A stretch of 64,000 nt of DNA from Candidatus Moraniibacteriota bacterium (GTDB taxonomy: Bacteria; Patescibacteriota; Minisyncoccia; Moranbacterales; UBA1568), in assembly GCA_018061645.1 (NCBI GenBank), contig JAGOTT010000002.1, positions 23,842-87,841 of the forward strand, written 5' to 3'. A model generated the notes under the pieces. The model saw nothing but the letters and a program-made list of their open reading frames with translations. It searched no databases and was not told the origin of the DNA. Numbering within the stretch: position 1 is the first letter of the stretch; each line of letters starts with the position of its first letter. Below, one piece after another: positions 56,613 to 64,000 of the stretch. Position numbers and translations under genes: made by a program.

Positions 56613-56690
56613 TCAGGGAACAATGAACAGGGAACAGAACCCATTCGTTCCCTCTTCGGATGTTCGTTGCTCCCTGTTTATTGTTCGCTG
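56613..56690. promoter_or_regulatory. 78-nt imperfect palindrome forming the entire parA 5' leader (candidate operator)
   Basis: Left gaacaatgaacagggaacagaac and right gttcgttgctccctgtttattgttc are reverse complements. The palindrome ends 3 nt before ATG 56694. Confidence 0.45.
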
Positions 56691-56693
56691 ATT

Positions 56694-57464
56694 ATGGCTA
56701 AGATCGTCGCATTCGTGAACCAGAAGGGCGGGGTAGGGAAAACCACGACGACGATCAACGTCGCCCGGTATTTGGCGCATTTCGGGAAAAAAGTACTCCT
56801 CGTCGATCTTGATCCCCAGGGGAACGCCTCGTCGGGCCTGGGCATCGACCCACGGGGGCTCGAGAAGAATCTCTATCATGCCATGATCGGCGGGCTTTCG
56901 CCGCGCGAAATCATCCTCTCGACCGATACCGAAAATCTCCATATCATTCCTGCGGCGCAGGACTTGGCCGGCGCGGAGATCGAGATGGTACATATCGACG
57001 CACGTGAATTCCGGCTCTATTCCGTTCTGCGGCAGGTACGGACGTTCTATGATTATATCCTTATCGATTCTCCACCGTCACTCGGGCTCCTCACGGTCAA
57101 CGGGCTCGTGGCGAGCGACGAGGTCGTGATACCGGTGCAGGCGGAATACTATGCACTCGAAGGACTCTCGCAGCTCCTGGGGACGGTGGAACTCGTTCGG
57201 GAGCGACTTCAGCCGAATCTCAAGATCATGGGGGCGCTCATCACGCTCTATGATCGGCGGAACCGCCTTGCACGGCAGGTCGTGTCGGAAGTGCAGAAAC
57301 ATTTTCCGGGGCCGGTGTTCGAGACGATCGTGCCGCGTTCCGTCCGACTCGCCGAAGCCCCTTCGTATGGGAAGTCCATCCTTGATTTCGACGCGTTCTC
57401 CAAAGGCGCCCGCGCGTACAAGGCGGTCGCTCGCGAAATCATTTCCCGGGAGAATGAAAAATGA
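56694..57464 (+). CDS. parA: chromosome partitioning ATPase ParA/Soj
   Basis: MAKIVAFVNQKGGVGKTTTT deviant Walker A. Confidence 0.85.
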   Translation: MAKIVAFVNQKGGVGKTTTTINVARYLAHFGKKVLLVDLDPQGNASSGLGIDPRGLEKNLYHAMIGGLSPREIILSTDTENLHIIPAAQDLAGAEIEMVHIDAREFRLYSVLRQVRTFYDYILIDSPPSLGLLTVNGLVASDEVVIPVQAEYYALEGLSQLLGTVELVRERLQPNLKIMGALITLYDRRNRLARQVVSEVQKHFPGPVFETIVPRSVRLAEAPSYGKSILDFDAFSKGARAYKAVAREIISRENEK

Positions 57465-57547
57465 AAATATCAAAAATCAAAATTACGGTGTACAATGTGA
57501 TCGGTATGGAAGATTTTCCATTTTGACGTTTCCATTTTGATTTCCCT

Positions 57548-58561
57548 ATGGCTCAGCAGCACGGACTCGGGAGGGGACTCTCCTCGCTTATCCCGCCGAA
57601 AAAAACCGGAGGCGATTCGCCATTCAAGGATATGGTGCTTCGCGCCGTGGAAAAGGAGAGTTTCCCTGTATCCGGGGTGATTAAGCCGCTTTCTGCCGAA
57701 ATTTCGAAACCGGTTGTTTCCTCGGGTGCTTCGTTTTCCGGTGAGCCTGAATCGGAGGTTTCTCCGGTTTCAATCCTGATGAACTCGGTCGTCGAGGCCG
57801 ACATCATGTCGATCGTTCCGAACCCGCACCAGCCGCGGATCCGGTTCGACGAGGAAAAGCTTCGCGAGCTTGCGAATTCGATACAAGAGCACGGTATCCT
57901 GCAGCCGCTCATAGTTTCGCCGCTTCCGGACGGGAAGTATGAGCTGATCGCTGGAGAACGTCGGCTCCAGGCGGCGAAACTCGCCGGACTCGCGACGGTG
58001 CCGGTACTCGTCCGTGACGCGAAGGAGAACGAGAAACTCGAGCTTGCGATCATCGAAAATGTTCAGCGGCACGACCTCGATCCGATCGAGGAGGCGAAAG
58101 CGTATGCGCGTCTCATGGACGAATTCGGATTGACGCAGGAAGGGACGGCGAAGAAGATGGGGAAGAGCCGGAGTGCGGTCGCGAACCTACTTCGGCTGCT
58201 TTCGCTCCCGATCGAGATCCAACGCGCGATTTCCGAGGGAAAGATCACCGAGGGGCATGCGAAGGCGCTTCTCTCGATAGAGAATCCGGAGAAACAACGC
58301 GCTTTGTTTGAGATGATCGTGAAGACCGGAATGACGGTTCGTGAGACGGAATCGAAGGCGCGGGAGGTGTCTGTCCGGCCTCACGTGCGACACATCTCGA
58401 CGCTCCCACCGGAGCTTGCCGAGAAGGCGGACAGGCTCTCGTCCGCGCTCGGGACCAAGGTCGCCGTGAAGCCGGCGGGGAAGGGTGGGAGAATCGTCGT
58501 CGAATACTATTCCGACGAGGAACTCGAGCAGATCGTTTCGCGGTTCCTGGTGACGAACTGA
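57548..58561 (+). CDS. parB: chromosome partitioning protein ParB
   Basis: IVPNPHQPR ParB box and HTH region. Confidence 0.85.
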   Translation: MAQQHGLGRGLSSLIPPKKTGGDSPFKDMVLRAVEKESFPVSGVIKPLSAEISKPVVSSGASFSGEPESEVSPVSILMNSVVEADIMSIVPNPHQPRIRFDEEKLRELANSIQEHGILQPLIVSPLPDGKYELIAGERRLQAAKLAGLATVPVLVRDAKENEKLELAIIENVQRHDLDPIEEAKAYARLMDEFGLTQEGTAKKMGKSRSAVANLLRLLSLPIEIQRAISEGKITEGHAKALLSIENPEKQRALFEMIVKTGMTVRETESKAREVSVRPHVRHISTLPPELAEKADRLSSALGTKVAVKPAGKGGRIVVEYYSDEELEQIVSRFLVTN

Positions 58562-58566
58562 GTTTT

Positions 58567-58616
58567 CGTCATCCTGAGTCCGCCAAAGGCGGATAGGCTC
58601 CGCGAAGAATCCCGAG
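58567..58616. repeat. E-element copy 3 (5' module + hairpin TCCGCCaaaGGCGGA) fused to the Gly-rich gene promoter repeat
   Basis: CGTCATCCTGAGtccgccaaaggcggataggctccgcGAAGAATCCCGAG. Confidence 0.45.
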
Positions 58617-58627
58617 TTTTCCGGCAG

Positions 58628-58655
58628 TTGCAAAAAAATCAAATCGTGGGATAAT
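58628..58655 (+). promoter_or_regulatory. promoter TTGCAA-16-TGgGATAAT (copy 2)
   Basis: Identical ~50-nt block as at 10812-10863. Confidence 0.45.
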
Positions 58656-58722
58656 GCATCCAGGAAACAGTCAACAAGTAACAGTTAACAGAAACCGTAT
58701 GCATACGAAACAATCGTTCGCG

Positions 58723-60069
58723 ATGAAAGTCTCATACTGGCTCAAGGTCGTCTCCCTGGGACTTATCCTCGGATTCGGACTCCAGTTCGCCCAAGCCTGG
58801 ACCGCTCCGACCCAAGCCCCTCCCGGAGGCAACGTCTCGGGACCGATCACCGTCGGCGATGTCGGACAGAGTAAGGCTGGAAACCTCGCGCTCAACACGA
58901 GCGGGGCATACGCGAACGGACTCCTCGTCCCGAACGGCAATGTCGGTATCGGCACCGCGGCTCCGAACAGGAAACTTCACGTGCTCTTCAATAATCCGAA
59001 TGCCGACGGAACCAACGGACAGCTTGTCGTCGAGAATATCGCCGACAGCGCGAACGGTGTCGCCGCGGTGAATATACGTGTCGGGAACGCCGGCGCGATG
59101 GGCAATCTTCAGTTCAGCGTCGGAAACTGGCAGGGAAGCGCGAACAAGGCGGCATTCGGCTATGACCACGGAGGACAGGAATTCGAATTCTGGACCCTGA
59201 ACGGATCCTGGTCGCCGAAACTCTTCATCGGTCAGACGGGAAACCTCGCCGCCAACGGCAACATCACGTCCGGCACCAGTGTTACCGCGCCGCAGTTCTG
59301 CATCGGCGCAAGCTGTATCAACAGCTGGCCGAGCGGAGGTGGTTCCGGTGATAATCTCGGCAACCACACCGCGACGCAGAATCTCAATATGGGAGGCTTC
59401 AATGTCTCCAGTGCCGGAGCCGTCTACGCCAACACCTTCTATGACAACAACAACGTCGGCTACTATCTCGATCCCGCAAGTACGAGTTTCGTCAATGGCA
59501 TCGCCGCTGTCGGGAACTACACCACGACGAACGGGAATATCACCACGACGAACGGTGACTTGTCCGGCAAGAGGGTGTGCATAAACGGCGTGTGCCAGGG
59601 GAGTTGGCCGGCCGGCGGGTCGGGGACGGTGACATCGCTCTCCGCGGGGAACGGTATCACGCTTTCCCCGAATCCGATCGTGGGAGCGGGGACGATTTCC
59701 TGGAACCATACCGCGACGCAGAACCTCGACATGAATACCACGAACAGGATCATCAACCTCGCAACTCCGACAGGCAACAATGATGCGGCGACGAAGGGGT
59801 ATGTGGATGGAAAAGTCGGCAGTTGGGCAATTTTTTCCAATATACCTACGGGAGCGGTGGCTGCCGGTTGTAGCCAATTTCATAGTGTAGCATCCTCACG
59901 ATATTCCGCTGAATGCTGGGGAGGGGCGAGTGTGAATATCGTCACTTGCGGAACTACGCTAACGACGTCAAATTGTCCAGCAGGTACGACAAGAAAAGGA
60001 AACATGACTTCGTCAGTAGACGGTGGCTTCTGTGATGTAAGAGGTGCTTTCAGCTGTATAAAAAATTAG
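58723..60069 (+). CDS. glycine/asparagine-rich secreted protein (tail-fibre-like beta-helix adhesin?), intact paralogue
   Basis: Sec signal MKVSYWLKVVSLGLILGFGLQFAQA/W. Repeated GNVGIGTAAP-type motifs, C-terminal Cys-rich region and ...NLATPTGNNDAATKGYVD motif. The first ATG at 58654 lies inside the -10 box, so the start was moved to 58723 (or 58699). Confidence 0.65.
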   Translation: MKVSYWLKVVSLGLILGFGLQFAQAWTAPTQAPPGGNVSGPITVGDVGQSKAGNLALNTSGAYANGLLVPNGNVGIGTAAPNRKLHVLFNNPNADGTNGQLVVENIADSANGVAAVNIRVGNAGAMGNLQFSVGNWQGSANKAAFGYDHGGQEFEFWTLNGSWSPKLFIGQTGNLAANGNITSGTSVTAPQFCIGASCINSWPSGGGSGDNLGNHTATQNLNMGGFNVSSAGAVYANTFYDNNNVGYYLDPASTSFVNGIAAVGNYTTTNGNITTTNGDLSGKRVCINGVCQGSWPAGGSGTVTSLSAGNGITLSPNPIVGAGTISWNHTATQNLDMNTTNRIINLATPTGNNDAATKGYVDGKVGSWAIFSNIPTGAVAAGCSQFHSVASSRYSAECWGGASVNIVTCGTTLTTSNCPAGTTRKGNMTSSVDGGFCDVRGAFSCIKN

Positions 60070-60189
60070 CTACATTTAAAAGAGGAGAGGTTGGATAAAC
60101 GACGTTTGTGATGAGCCTTACATCTCCATAGCTATCTTCAGATGAAATAGAACGGAATTCTCCCGGATAAATTTAAAATAAAAAATCAT

Positions 60190-60564
60190 ATGTTCGTAGA
60201 CAGACCACTCGGAGACCCGCTCAAGCGGAAGCAGTTGAAATGGCTCCTTCTCGTGCTCGGCGTCATCATGATTATCGCGATACTCCTTCTCTCGTTTCGT
60301 CTTATGAAAGAGCCGGTGCAGGATCCGGCGCAGCCGATGTCTCCCGATAAGGGTACCGCGCAGGGAAAGCCGACCCAGGAGGATGTCCAGAAACAACTCG
60401 AAATGCTTGCCAAGGAAGACGCCGCGAACTCCGCTCCGAAGCCGACCCAGGAGGAAATCCAAAAGCAGCTCGAAGCGCTTGCTGCCGAGGATGCCAAGAA
60501 TCCCGCTCCGAAGCCGACCCAGGAGGAGATAGCGAAGCAGCTCGAGGCCCTTTCCAAACAATAA
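60190..60564 (+). CDS. small single-TM protein with 24-aa tandem repeats (PKPTQEEIQKQLEALAAEDAKNPA)
   Basis: N-terminal TM. The repeats are encoded by 72-nt tandem units at 60370, 60442 and 60514. Confidence 0.5.
   Translation: MFVDRPLGDPLKRKQLKWLLLVLGVIMIIAILLLSFRLMKEPVQDPAQPMSPDKGTAQGKPTQEDVQKQLEMLAKEDAANSAPKPTQEEIQKQLEALAAEDAKNPAPKPTQEEIAKQLEALSKQ
60370..60561 (+). repeat. 72-nt in-frame tandem repeat, ~2.7 copies
   Basis: The unit ccgacccaggagga...gctccgaag repeats with ~80% identity. Confidence 0.75.
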
Positions 60565-60576
60565 CGGAAGGAAATT

Positions 60577-61722
60577 ATGAAAACAAAAGCATTCAGAAAG
60601 ATATTCGGGACATTCGCGGTTCTGGCGTTCGCGCTCGGTGCCGGTGTCGCGATCCGCTCCGCCTCCGCAGGAATGGAAACCGGTTCCGGCTGGTTGTGGG
60701 GCGGAAGCGAGGTTGCCGATACGAATGGTGGTGCCGCACCGAACAACGGGGTATTGGATGGAGATGAATCCGGTCTTGGGTGGGTGAGCTTCAACAGCAC
60801 CGATTGTGATACGAACAACAATGGAACCATCGAGGCCTCCGAAGTGGCAGCGCATCCGGGATGTCCGGCAGGCGCGACCGCGAGTTATGGAGTGGATATC
60901 CCTTCCGGTAACGGTCCGCTTTCCGGCTATGCCTGGTCGGAAAATTTCGGTTGGATCAGTTTCAACGGCGCCGATCTATCGGGAGTAAATCCTTGTGCCC
61001 CAGTGCTTGCACAGGCGACACGGACCGGAAGTAGTATTTCCGGCGGAGCGAGGATTCTTTCCATAAAAACTGCGATGGCAGCAGGAAATGCCGGTGGGTT
61101 TGACGGATGTATCAGTCTCTCCGGAGCGGCTCCAGCTTATAGTGTGACCGTTGATGCAACACCGGATCCGGATAAGTTATTGGGCTATGCTTGGTCGAGC
61201 GATCTCGGTTGGATCGATTTCAGCCGTGCGTCGGTCGGGGGCGCGTTGCCTCCCCCGAACACCCTCAAGGTCTGTCTCAATTCCTGCGATAGTGGAAGTC
61301 TCAATTTTAATGGCGGGGTTATAAGCTTCAACCCGACCGAAACCCGTCAACTCGTATCCTGTCATAATTCCGCTCCTGATTGTTCGATGGCTTCCGGGGA
61401 TATCACCGCGCTTGGTACTACGAGCTTCTCTGCAGGGGATACTCCGAATGATGCTGTGACTCCGACAGCGACAAAGGGAGAATTCCAGGCGAACGCCGTC
61501 GCATCTACTCAAAGCGAGGATGTTTCGATCGTGACGGCATCTGGTAACGCCTCAATGCGATTTACCACCCTCTATACTCCAGCATGCTCCTCCTGTAACG
61601 ACGAAAAAGCGCAGCACTGTCCGACTGAAACTTGGACGAGCGGATGCGGAGTGAGTTGTGCGGCGGGAACAGGCACTCGATACTGCGACATGAACTGGAA
61701 GGAAGTGGCGCCGGGACAGTGA
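60577..61722 (+). CDS. secreted protein with three GYAWSENFGWISFN-type aromatic repeats and Cys-rich C-terminus
   Basis: Signal peptide MKTKAFRKIFGTFAVLAFALGAGVAIRSASA. Repeats LGWVSFN / GYAWSENFGWISFNGADLS / GYAWSSDLGWIDFS. Confidence 0.55.
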   Translation: MKTKAFRKIFGTFAVLAFALGAGVAIRSASAGMETGSGWLWGGSEVADTNGGAAPNNGVLDGDESGLGWVSFNSTDCDTNNNGTIEASEVAAHPGCPAGATASYGVDIPSGNGPLSGYAWSENFGWISFNGADLSGVNPCAPVLAQATRTGSSISGGARILSIKTAMAAGNAGGFDGCISLSGAAPAYSVTVDATPDPDKLLGYAWSSDLGWIDFSRASVGGALPPPNTLKVCLNSCDSGSLNFNGGVISFNPTETRQLVSCHNSAPDCSMASGDITALGTTSFSAGDTPNDAVTPTATKGEFQANAVASTQSEDVSIVTASGNASMRFTTLYTPACSSCNDEKAQHCPTETWTSGCGVSCAAGTGTRYCDMNWKEVAPGQ

Positions 61723-61760
61723 GCTGAAAGTCCATCAAGTTCGTAAAGTTGTAAAGTTAT

Positions 61761-61792
61761 AAAGAAAGCCTCTTATTTTAGGGGCTTTCTTT
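61761..61792 (+). terminator. hairpin AAAGAAAGCCTC-ttatttta-GGGGCTTTCTTT
   Basis: aaagaaagcctcttattttaggggctttctttac. Confidence 0.4.
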
Positions 61793-61889
61793 ACTTTATG
61801 GACTTGAAAGACTTTAAAAACTTGATGGACTTTATGAACTGTTCATTCTGTAGTACAATGGAAAAAGAAATAAGTGATCGGATTTTCCT

Positions 61890-62669
61890 ATGGCAGAGAA
61901 TGGAACATACCTCTCGGTCGTCATTCCGTCGTACAAGGAAGGGGAGCGGATCGGACGGAACCTGCTCGAGATCGACAAATATCTGAAGAGCAAAAATTTC
62001 TCATACGAGATTCTCGTGGTAGTTGACGGATCCCCGGACAATACTGCGGAAGTGGCGCGGAATTACGCGCTTTCCATCCCGAATCTCCGCGTGATCGAAA
62101 ACAAGGAGAACCATGGCAAGGGCTATGTCGTCCGTCAGGGACTGCTCGAAGCCAAGGGGGCGTATCGGATTTTTCTCGATGCGGACGGGTCGACATCCAT
62201 CACGCACTGGGACTCGTTCGAGCCGGAATTCCGGAAGGGCGCGGATGTCGTTATCGGATCGCGGGACTTGCCGGAATCGTATATCCAGGTGCATCAGCCG
62301 AGGCACCGGGAAATCATGGGGGATATGGGGAACTGGCTTATCCGTATCACGCTCGGACTCTGGCGGTATCCCGATACGCAGTGCGGGTTCAAGGTGCTCT
62401 CCGCCGAGGCGGCGGAGGCGGTCGCCTCTCGGATGGTCGTCGACCGCTTCGGATTCGATTTCGAACTCATCGCACTTGCCGAGCGACTTGGGTTTTCCGT
62501 GAGACAGATGCCGGTCCGCTGGATGAACGAAGAAGGATCGACGGTCGGATTGACCGGGAAAAACGGGTTCACGCAGGTATTGATCGATCTCTGGAAGACC
62601 AGGATGCGGCTCTGGGTCGGAGCGTATGGGCTCGGGGAAGGGGGAAAGCGGTCGGCAGTATCCGAATAG
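61890..62669 (+). CDS. family 2 glycosyltransferase (dolichyl-phosphate hexosyltransferase-like)
   Basis: LSVVIPSYKE...VVDGSPDNT...LDADGS DxD motifs. Confidence 0.75.
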   Translation: MAENGTYLSVVIPSYKEGERIGRNLLEIDKYLKSKNFSYEILVVVDGSPDNTAEVARNYALSIPNLRVIENKENHGKGYVVRQGLLEAKGAYRIFLDADGSTSITHWDSFEPEFRKGADVVIGSRDLPESYIQVHQPRHREIMGDMGNWLIRITLGLWRYPDTQCGFKVLSAEAAEAVASRMVVDRFGFDFELIALAERLGFSVRQMPVRWMNEEGSTVGLTGKNGFTQVLIDLWKTRMRLWVGAYGLGEGGKRSAVSE

Positions 62670-62700
62670 ACGGAAATCCTGAAAAACGAACAAAAAACGT

Positions 62701-63732
62701 GTGAAAATAGAAATCGAACAGACAAAGAAAGTCGCCGCACCGTCCGAATCGGAACTGCGACAGGATATCGTGACCGGGGACTGGGTCGTCATCGCCACCG
62801 GACGCGCGAAGCGCCCGGAAGATTTCGTTTCGACGTCGCGCGCGAAGGACAACCCGGACGTGGACGATCCTTTTCTGGATCTCCGGGCGAGCGACCAGGA
62901 AGAACCGGTACTGCTTTATACGAAGCCGGACGGGGAGTGGAGTCTCGCCGTCATCCCGAACAAATTTCCGGCCTTTACCCGTGGTCGTGCGCCACGTGAT
63001 CTCTCCGAGGGACCGTATTTCGCGATGTCCGGAGTCGGATATCACGAGGTCGTCATCACGCACGACCCGGAGAAGTCCATCGCGGAGCTCGAGCTGTGGC
63101 AGGTGGCGGAAGTGGTGGATGCGTACCATGATCGATACATGTCGCTCATGAGCAGGAAAAGCGTGAATTCCATACAGATTTTCCATAATCACGGCAGGGA
63201 ATCCGGCGCATCGATATCGCATCCGCACTCCCAGCTCATGGCGATTCCGGTCATCTCGCCATACCTCAAGTTGGAGCTCGACGGCGCGGAGCTCTATCAC
63301 AAGAACAACCGCGAGAATGTCTACCAGGTGATCGCCGAATACGAGTCGAAGGAGAAGACCCGGGTCGTGTTCGAGAACGAACATTTCATCGTCTTCTGCC
63401 CGTTCGCGTCGAGAGCGGCTTTCGAGACATGGATTCTTCCGAAGTCGGGAAACCCCTATTTCGAACGGATTATCGACGACGAGAAACTCGCGCTTGCGGA
63501 GGCCTTGCAGAAAGGACTCTTCGGCATCTGGAAGGGTCTCGGGAATCCGGCATATAATTTTTATCTCCATGCTGCGCCGTGCGACGGGAAAGACTATCCG
63601 CATTACCGGTGGCATTTCGAGATCCTACCGAGGACGAGTATCTGGGGCGGATTCGAGCTCTCGAACGGCATCGAGGTTTCGACGATACAGCCGGAGAAAG
63701 CGGCGGAATTCCTGCGATCCCAATTGTCATGA
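62701..63732 (+). CDS. galactose-1-phosphate uridylyltransferase-like HIT-family nucleotidyltransferase
   Basis: SHPHSQLMAIP (HxHxQ) motif. GTG start. Confidence 0.65.
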   Translation: MKIEIEQTKKVAAPSESELRQDIVTGDWVVIATGRAKRPEDFVSTSRAKDNPDVDDPFLDLRASDQEEPVLLYTKPDGEWSLAVIPNKFPAFTRGRAPRDLSEGPYFAMSGVGYHEVVITHDPEKSIAELELWQVAEVVDAYHDRYMSLMSRKSVNSIQIFHNHGRESGASISHPHSQLMAIPVISPYLKLELDGAELYHKNNRENVYQVIAEYESKEKTRVVFENEHFIVFCPFASRAAFETWILPKSGNPYFERIIDDEKLALAEALQKGLFGIWKGLGNPAYNFYLHAAPCDGKDYPHYRWHFEILPRTSIWGGFELSNGIEVSTIQPEKAAEFLRSQLS

Positions 63733-64000
63733 AGAAAAAGTATCTCATCGGAAATCTCAAGATGAACCTCTCCTCGAAGGAGGAGGCGGATCAGTATCTG
63801 TCTGTACTCAAACGGGAGACGGCGGGGAGGCATTTCGAACATGTCGAAATCGTCGTTGCTCCTCCGTTCATTCACCTTGACCGGTTCCATCGCGAGTTGT
63901 CGAAAGGCATCGCGCTCGGGGCGCAGGATGTCTTTTGGGAGAAGGAGGGATCGTATACCGGAGAAATATCCCCATCCATGCTGAAGGATATCGGTGTCGA
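63729..64000 (+). CDS. tpiA: triosephosphate isomerase (5' part; continues beyond window)
   Basis: MKKKYLIGNLKMN...VEIVVAPPF...GAQDV. ATGA overlap with the previous stop. Confidence 0.75.
   Translation, partial: MKKKYLIGNLKMNLSSKEEADQYLSVLKRETAGRHFEHVEIVVAPPFIHLDRFHRELSKGIALGAQDVFWEKEGSYTGEISPSMLKDIGV

Noticed and set aside
56613-56690. parS site in the parA leader
   Set aside because: The sequence does not match the tGTTtCAcGTGaAACa consensus. It is recorded as a generic palindrome only.

Overview
This is a GC-rich (~57%) bacterial chromosomal segment, densely packed with housekeeping genes on both strands. It may come from a small-genome, Patescibacteria/CPR-like organism (inference). Genes found: an Fe-S cluster operon (rrf2-sufC-sufB, where sufB is partial and missing from the ORF track); tRNA-modification genes (dus, mnmA, tgt, rsmI); mutY and lgt; five aminoacyl-tRNA synthetases (argS, ileS, glyQS, metG, leuS); infC-rpmI-rplT; smpB; recO; a complete F1Fo ATP synthase operon (atpBEFHAGDC); dnaQ-like exonuclease, uppP, folD, parAB, a GT2 glycosyltransferase, a galT-like gene and the start of tpiA. 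Accessory content includes two paralogous glycine-rich secreted proteins, two paralogous putative wall-hydrolase-like proteins, an FN3/TSP3 surface protein, a DUF11-like repeat protein, an orphan histidine kinase and a low-GC Avd-like four-helix-bundle gene. RNA genes not in the ORF track are a tmRNA (ssrA, minus strand, ending ~19 nt before infC) and tRNA-Leu(CAA). No CRISPR array, transposase, integrase or reverse transcriptase was seen. The most unusual signal is a dense repeat layer on both coding and noncoding DNA. (i) Heptanucleotide tandem arrays (CCAATTT, CAGNNAA, AATCTGC, CAAATCA, CAGGATA, GATGCAN) occur in intergenic spacers and as in-frame low-complexity insertions in tatD, argS, ileS, leuS and tgt. 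(ii) A ~155-nt nested-palindromic AT-rich element is inserted in-frame in mnmA, resembling Rickettsia palindromic elements. (iii) A five-copy GTCATCCTGAG... hairpin element family shows compensatory base changes. (iv) A family of AT-rich palindromic intergenic islands is present. One glycine-rich paralogue carries an in-frame TAG where its sister has CAA, while TAG is otherwise a genuine stop here. TGA, TAA and TAG are all used as stops. Coordinates of starts refined from the ORF track are approximate (+/- a few nt).
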